A DNA stretch of 40,920 nucleotides from Candidatus Eiseniibacteriota bacterium. GTDB taxonomy: Bacteria > Eisenbacteria > RBG-16-71-46 > JAGVPR01. Below are positions 36,465 to 40,920 of the stretch, piece by piece (position 1 is the first letter of the stretch; every line of letters begins with the position of its first letter). Where the stretch lies: the NCBI GenBank assembly GCA_020052115.1, contig JAGVPR010000103.1:1-40920 (forward strand), read 5' to 3'. The translations under genes and the position numbers were made by a program. The notes below the pieces were generated by a model, which saw nothing but the letters and a program-made list of their open reading frames with translations, did not search any database and had not been told where the DNA came from.

Positions 36465-37247
36465 TCATCGGTTCTTGAAGACCGGCTTCCGCTTCTCGAG
36501 GAACGCGTTCAGCCCCTCGTGCATGTCCTCCGTGGCGCTGATCAGGCCGAAGAAGGTCGCCTCGAGCCGGCTTCCCTCTTCGAGTGTGGTCTCGAGCCCG
36601 TGGTTCACGGAGTCCAGAGCGAAGCGGACCGCGATCGGGCCGTTCGCGAGGATCAAGTTCGCGATCGCCGTGCACGCGGACATCAGCTCCTCCGCGGGCA
36701 CGACGCGGTTCACGAGCCCTATCCGGTGTGCTTCGGCCGCGTCCACCGGCTTGCCGGTGAGCATGATCTCGAATGCGCGTCCCTTGCCGACGAGCCGTGC
36801 CAGGCGCTGTGTGCCGGCGTAACCCGGGATGATCCCGAGCGTCACCTCGGGAAGCCCGATCTTCGCCTTCTCGCTCGCGACGCGCATCGTGCACGCGAGC
36901 GCCAATTCGCACCCGCCGCCGAGCGCGTAGCCGTTGACCGCGGCGATGACGGGCTTGCCGAGGTTTTCGATGCTCGCGAAGATCTCCTGCCCCCGGAGCG
37001 AGGTGCGGCGGGCGGAGATCGCCGTCATGGCCGCAAGTTCCGCGATGTCGGCGCCCGCGACGAACGCCTTTTCGCCGGCGCCCGTGACGATCACGACCCC
37101 GACGCCGTCGTCTTCGCCCAGCTCGCGGATCGCCGCCCCGATCTCCTCCAGCGTGGCCGCGTTCAGCGCGTTCAACACCTGGGGCCGGTTCACCGTCAGT
37201 ACGGCGATCCTGTCCCGCTTCTCGACGAGGATGTTCTGATAGCTCAT
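36465..37247 (-). CDS. enoyl-CoA hydratase (crotonase family)
   Basis: MSYQNILVEKRDRIAVLTVNRPQVLNALN...KAFVAGADI...NGYALGGGCELALAC. The start at ATG 37247 is preceded by GAGGGGG, 10 nt after the upstream stop. The ORF-track start 37316 lies inside the upstream gene. Confidence 0.85.
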   Translation of the reverse strand: MSYQNILVEKRDRIAVLTVNRPQVLNALNAATLEEIGAAIRELGEDDGVGVVIVTGAGEKAFVAGADIAELAAMTAISARRTSLRGQEIFASIENLGKPVIAAVNGYALGGGCELALACTMRVASEKAKIGLPEVTLGIIPGYAGTQRLARLVGKGRAFEIMLTGKPVDAAEAHRIGLVNRVVPAEELMSACTAIANLILANGPIAVRFALDSVNHGLETTLEEGSRLEATFFGLISATEDMHEGLNAFLEKRKPVFKNR

Positions 37248-37257
37248 GTCCGCCCCC

Positions 37258-38115
37258 TCACTTGCCCGGGTAGTCGTAGAAACCCTTCCCTGTCTTGCGG
37301 CCGTGGTGGCCCGCAAGCACCATTCGCTTCATGAGCGTCGGCGCAGCGTAGCGCGTTTCCTTGAACTCGTCGAAGAGGATGTTCGCGATGTAGTAAGTGG
37401 TGTCAATCCCGACGAAATCGAGGAGCGTGAGCGGCCCCATCGGATAGCCGCAACCGAGTACCATTCCCTGGTCTATGTCCTCGACGCTCGCCACGCCGCG
37501 CTCCAGCGCCCGGACCGCGTCCAGAAGATAGGGCACGAGCAACAGGTTCACGACGAAGCCGGGCGTGTCCTTCGCGAGGATCGGTGTCTTCCCCAGCGAG
37601 CGGACGAACCCCATCCCCGCGCTCACCGTCGCGTCCGAGGTGGTCAGCGCGCGGACGACCTCGACGAGCTTCATGAGCGGGACCGGGTTGAAGAAGTGCA
37701 TGCCGAGCACCTGCGACGGCCGCTTGGTCACGCCGGACATCTCCGCGATGCAGACCGAGCTCGTGTTCGAGGCGAGCAGCGCCTCCGGCTTGCAGATCCG
37801 GTCGAGCGTGGCGAAGACCTCGCGCTTCAGCTCGACGTTCTCGGTGACCGCCTCGATCACGAGATCGCAGGCGGCGAGATCGTCGAGGCTCGTGGTTCCG
37901 CGGATCCGGGAGAGGGCCTCTCGCTTCTGAGCCTCGGTCACCTTCCCCTTCTCGACGCCGGCCTGGAGAAACTTCTCGATCCGGCCTGTGCCCTTCGCGA
38001 GCAACTCCGAGTTCGCCTCTCGCACCACGACCTGGTATCCGGACTGCGCGCAGACCTGCCCGATCCCGGAGCCCATGAGCCCGCACCCCACCACACCCAC
38101 CTGCTGGATGTTCAT
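37258..38115 (-). CDS. 3-hydroxybutyryl/3-hydroxyacyl-CoA dehydrogenase (NAD-binding)
   Basis: MNIQQVGVVGCGLMGSGIGQVCAQSGYQVVV (GxGxxG)...GFVVNLLLVPYL...GCGYPMGPLTLLDFVGIDT. ATG 38115 has GGAGG 7 nt upstream. The ORF-track start 38121 is a GTG two codons earlier. Confidence 0.9.
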   Translation of the reverse strand: MNIQQVGVVGCGLMGSGIGQVCAQSGYQVVVREANSELLAKGTGRIEKFLQAGVEKGKVTEAQKREALSRIRGTTSLDDLAACDLVIEAVTENVELKREVFATLDRICKPEALLASNTSSVCIAEMSGVTKRPSQVLGMHFFNPVPLMKLVEVVRALTTSDATVSAGMGFVRSLGKTPILAKDTPGFVVNLLLVPYLLDAVRALERGVASVEDIDQGMVLGCGYPMGPLTLLDFVGIDTTYYIANILFDEFKETRYAAPTLMKRMVLAGHHGRKTGKGFYDYPGK

Positions 38116-38291
38116 GCGCACGCCTCCACGAGAATGAGGTCACGGACCGTCAGGGAATTCGCCGGCCGCGATTGCGCTCTGCGGACCCCGCCCGAGAGCC
38201 CGGGACGGGCCCGGAGAGGCGAGCGGACGGGGGCGGCCCTTCGTTTGGCGAGCAGGCCGCCATCGCGCCAAGCCTGCGATCATGAGGCGGC

Positions 38292-38347
38292 AAGAAGAGA
38301 AACCCCGCGGCCACCGGTGCCCCGATTCTATCCGGATGGCCGCGGGG
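38292..38347 (-). terminator. rho-independent terminator after the S8 peptidase gene
   Basis: Minus-strand RNA CCCCGCGGCCA (38347-38337), 23-nt loop, UGGCCGCGGGG (38313-38303), then UUUCUCUUCUU. It starts 18 nt after the stop at 38365. Confidence 0.65.
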
Positions 38348-38364
38348 CTTTCAAGACGGTGTGA

Positions 38365-40920
38365 TCAGCGGATGAGGAGCAGCCTCCGCGAGCCGATCTC
38401 TCTCCCGTCGGCCTCGAGAGCGCCGAAGTACGTGCCGCTTGCGACCGGCCGGCCCGCCGCGTCGGTTCCGTCCCATCGAACCGTGTGCAGGCCCGCGTCG
38501 TAGCGTCCTTGCGCGAGCGCCCGCACGAGCCGCCCGGAGGAATCGAAGAGCCGGAGCGAGACGGTGGCCGGCGCCGGCAGGCGAAACGCGAGAGTGGTCG
38601 CCGCGGAGAAAGGATTCGGGCTCCCGGCGAGCAGAAGCGCGCGGCCCGGCGCCCCGGGGCTCTCCGCGGCCACGGCCACGTACCGCACATCGAGGGCGAC
38701 GTCATCAATGTACCAGCCGGGAGCCGTCACGCCCGAGTCGCTCCCGAACAGGAAGCGGATCCGGACGTCGGAGGAGATATGCGGCGTAAGATCGAACACG
38801 GCCGGATGCCAGCCGTCCGAGAGACCGCTGTAGCCGGAACCGAAGCCCAGCCCGCCGAGGAAGTCGAGGGAGTAGCCGCCGATGGGTTCGACAATCGTCC
38901 ACGCACCGCCGGACCAGACCTGCACCTGGCCGCCGTCGAATCCAGCCTCCATGTCATACCAGTGGGTGAAGCTCAGGAAGAGATTCGTCGCGCCGGAGAA
39001 GTTGTACGAACCGGATGTGAGGTACGCGGAGACGTTGTCCGCGTAGTTGGCGTTCAGGTCCGTGCCCCAGAGCGTCGTCCCCGAGAATGCACCTGGAGGG
39101 CCGACGACCGTAGGCGTGCCGCGCTCCCATGGCGCGCCGCCGGAGAAGCCCCCGGCGCCGCTCTCGAACGTCTCGGCGTCAACCAGTTTCGCGTTGGCCG
39201 CCGTCGTGTTCTCGGCGGTGATGTCGAAGCCTGTCGCGGCCGCGCCGCGGCCGGGCACCAGCCCGTACACGGCCTGATAGCCGGTTGCGGCCGGGATGCC
39301 GCTGATGAGATAGGTCCCACCGGTGCCCGTCGTGTCCGGCGCGAGTGGCACGCCGATCACGCGCGCCTGGGCGCCCGCCAGCAAGACGCCTCCGTCGCCG
39401 AATACCAAGCCTGCGAGGGCGCCTGCCGGCTTCAGCGCGAGCGATACATCATGGGTGAGCGTCTGCCCCGCGGAGACGGAGACCGGCTGTTCGTCCGTCA
39501 CGTGGAAGAACTCGCTCGCGCGCACGGTGTACGTGCCGGAGAGAACCGTCGTCTGGTACTGCCCCGCCGCATCGGTGCGGACGAGGACATTGGGCTCGGC
39601 GAGCAGCACGTCGGCGTCGGGGATCGGATTGCCCGAGGCGAGATCGAGCACGGTGCCCGCGATGATCCCGATGCCCTGCAGGAGCAGCGCGCGGGCCGCG
39701 ACGAGATCCGGCCTCCGCCCGATGCGAAGCGTGCCGGCCCACGGCGTTCCGGTCTGGTAGAGAATCTGCGATGCCAGAGGGCCGTTCAGCGGAATCCCCC
39801 ACGTCGCTTCGCTCATCCCCTGCAAGCACGCGACCGCCCCGGAGACGATCGGGCTCGCGCTCGAGGTGCCGCTGAAACCCGCCGTGTACCACTGCGTCTC
39901 GGCGCCGCCCTGGAGCGATCCGTAGCCGCATGTGGTCACCGATGAGCCCCAGCCGTTGAGATCGAGGCGGCTGCCGTAGTTCGTGAACCACTCCGCCACG
40001 ACGCCCGTGGGCGTCCCGGCCCCGACCATGATCGCTCCCGAGTTGCGAATGCTGCGGTCGAAGAGGCCCTGGTAGACCGCGCCGTCCAGGTCCTGCTGGC
40101 CGTTGCCGCCCGCCTCGATGCAGATGCGCCCGTTGGCGACCGCCGTCTGGATCGCGTCGAAGTTGTCCTGCCAGAACTCCATCGGCACGTAGCCGAACTG
40201 GCCGCTGCCGGTCGCGTTCGGCCCCGGCGCGTGCAGCTCGATGAGAAACAGATCACCCGCATCGAGGTTCGCGGCCGCGAGATCTATCGCCGCGGCCACG
40301 CTCATGTCGCCGACCGAGACGGCGCCGGCCTGGAGATCGGTCGCGATTCCGGTGACCCCGAATCCGTTCGGACGCCCGATCATCTCGCCCATCACCGCGG
40401 TCCCGTGGTTTCGCCAGCTCTGATCGGCGATCGGCGTTCCGCCGGTGAAGAACGGCGCCTGGAGATCTTCGTGCGTCCAGAGCCAGGCGCCCTCGATATC
40501 AATGATCTTCACGCCCGCCCCTCGCCCGCCGGAAAAACCCCAGACCGCCTGGGCGTTGATGCCGGCCGGCGGCGCGTACAGGTACCCCTGCTGGGCGGTG
40601 TAGTCCGGCGTCGTCGGAATGAGCGGCGCGCGCGCGGGACGCGGCTCGATCACAGCGGGCTCCGCGATCGGCTCCGCGAAGGCCAGCTCGACAAGCGGCA
40701 TCGAACGAAGCTGCTCGATAACGTCGGCACGCTGCGATGCCGAGGAACTTGGGAGATGAAGCTCGTAATAGAGATTGAGATCCGCGAGGCGAACACCGCC
40801 ACGGCGCTCGCCGTCCGCGCGGTCGCGATCGAGATCCGCCTCGCTTCGTGAGAAGTGGCGGGAGACGGTCGCGCCCGGTTGCGCCGCAAGCCACTCCCGG
40901 AAGCCACGCAGGTCCGCATC
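38365..40920 (-). CDS. secreted subtilisin-like (S8) serine peptidase with two CarboxypepD_reg-like domains, a MAM/choice-of-anchor-J-like jelly-roll and a T9SS/FlgD-Ig-type C-terminal domain; 5' end outside the window
   Basis: Catalytic triad contexts: KIIDIEGAW (Asp, nt 40498-40500), NHGTAVMGE (His, 40405-40407), FSGTSSASP (Ser, 39862-39864). The C-terminus is SPNPFSAATTLAFRLPAPATVSLRLFDSSGRLVRAL...VRWDGTDAAGRPVASGTYFGAL...RRLLLIR. The same frame has no stop from 40701 to 40920 (...LADLNLYYELHLPSSSASQRADVIEQLRSMPLVELAFAEP, propeptide-like). The ORF-track Met at 40701 is therefore internal. Confidence 0.85.
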   Translation of the reverse strand, partial: DADLRGFREWLAAQPGATVSRHFSRSEADLDRDRADGERRGGVRLADLNLYYELHLPSSSASQRADVIEQLRSMPLVELAFAEPIAEPAVIEPRPARAPLIPTTPDYTAQQGYLYAPPAGINAQAVWGFSGGRGAGVKIIDIEGAWLWTHEDLQAPFFTGGTPIADQSWRNHGTAVMGEMIGRPNGFGVTGIATDLQAGAVSVGDMSVAAAIDLAAANLDAGDLFLIELHAPGPNATGSGQFGYVPMEFWQDNFDAIQTAVANGRICIEAGGNGQQDLDGAVYQGLFDRSIRNSGAIMVGAGTPTGVVAEWFTNYGSRLDLNGWGSSVTTCGYGSLQGGAETQWYTAGFSGTSSASPIVSGAVACLQGMSEATWGIPLNGPLASQILYQTGTPWAGTLRIGRRPDLVAARALLLQGIGIIAGTVLDLASGNPIPDADVLLAEPNVLVRTDAAGQYQTTVLSGTYTVRASEFFHVTDEQPVSVSAGQTLTHDVSLALKPAGALAGLVFGDGGVLLAGAQARVIGVPLAPDTTGTGGTYLISGIPAATGYQAVYGLVPGRGAAATGFDITAENTTAANAKLVDAETFESGAGGFSGGAPWERGTPTVVGPPGAFSGTTLWGTDLNANYADNVSAYLTSGSYNFSGATNLFLSFTHWYDMEAGFDGGQVQVWSGGAWTIVEPIGGYSLDFLGGLGFGSGYSGLSDGWHPAVFDLTPHISSDVRIRFLFGSDSGVTAPGWYIDDVALDVRYVAVAAESPGAPGRALLLAGSPNPFSAATTLAFRLPAPATVSLRLFDSSGRLVRALAQGRYDAGLHTVRWDGTDAAGRPVASGTYFGALEADGREIGSRRLLLIR

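Overview
High-GC bacterial chromosomal segment. 18 of 19 protein genes and both tRNAs lie on the minus strand.

Gene order, reading the minus strand from right to left:
- a secreted S8 peptidase with a T9SS/FlgD-Ig-type C-terminal domain (its 5' end lies beyond the right edge)
- a 3-hydroxyacyl-CoA dehydrogenase and an enoyl-CoA hydratase
- an isopropylmalate-dehydrogenase-family gene
- tRNA-Leu(UAG), tig, clpP, clpX, lon
- a class-V aminotransferase and a short 2-hydroxyacid dehydrogenase
- purA, tRNA-Lys(UUU), ychF
- an 857-nt non-coding gap
- an 18.5-kb gene for a 6,173-aa secreted protein
- 98 nt further on, a PorV/PorQ-like barrel fused to TSP3 repeats and an OmpA peptidoglycan-binding domain, closed by a strong terminator
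- an orphan type IV pilin-like gene with a sigma-54-type promoter
- a convergent YkgJ-type Cys-cluster gene, the only plus-strand gene
- a Zn-ribbon/DUF2007 gene
- a complete promoter, FMN riboswitch and terminator unit in front of ribD and ribE (ribE runs off the left edge)

The giant protein has a signal peptide, about 1,660 aa of degenerate Ca-loop-like repeats, at least 16 Ig-like modules, two paralogous VWA inserts and a T9SS-type C-terminal domain.

The main candidate for something new is the two-gene module of giant cargo plus barrel-OmpA fusion, together with its promoter, tandem-operator and long-leader control region. No CRISPR array, transposase, integrase or rRNA was seen.

All domain calls come from motif recognition by eye. 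No database search was possible. The long plus-strand ORFs in the track are codon-aligned antisense artefacts of GC3-rich genes.
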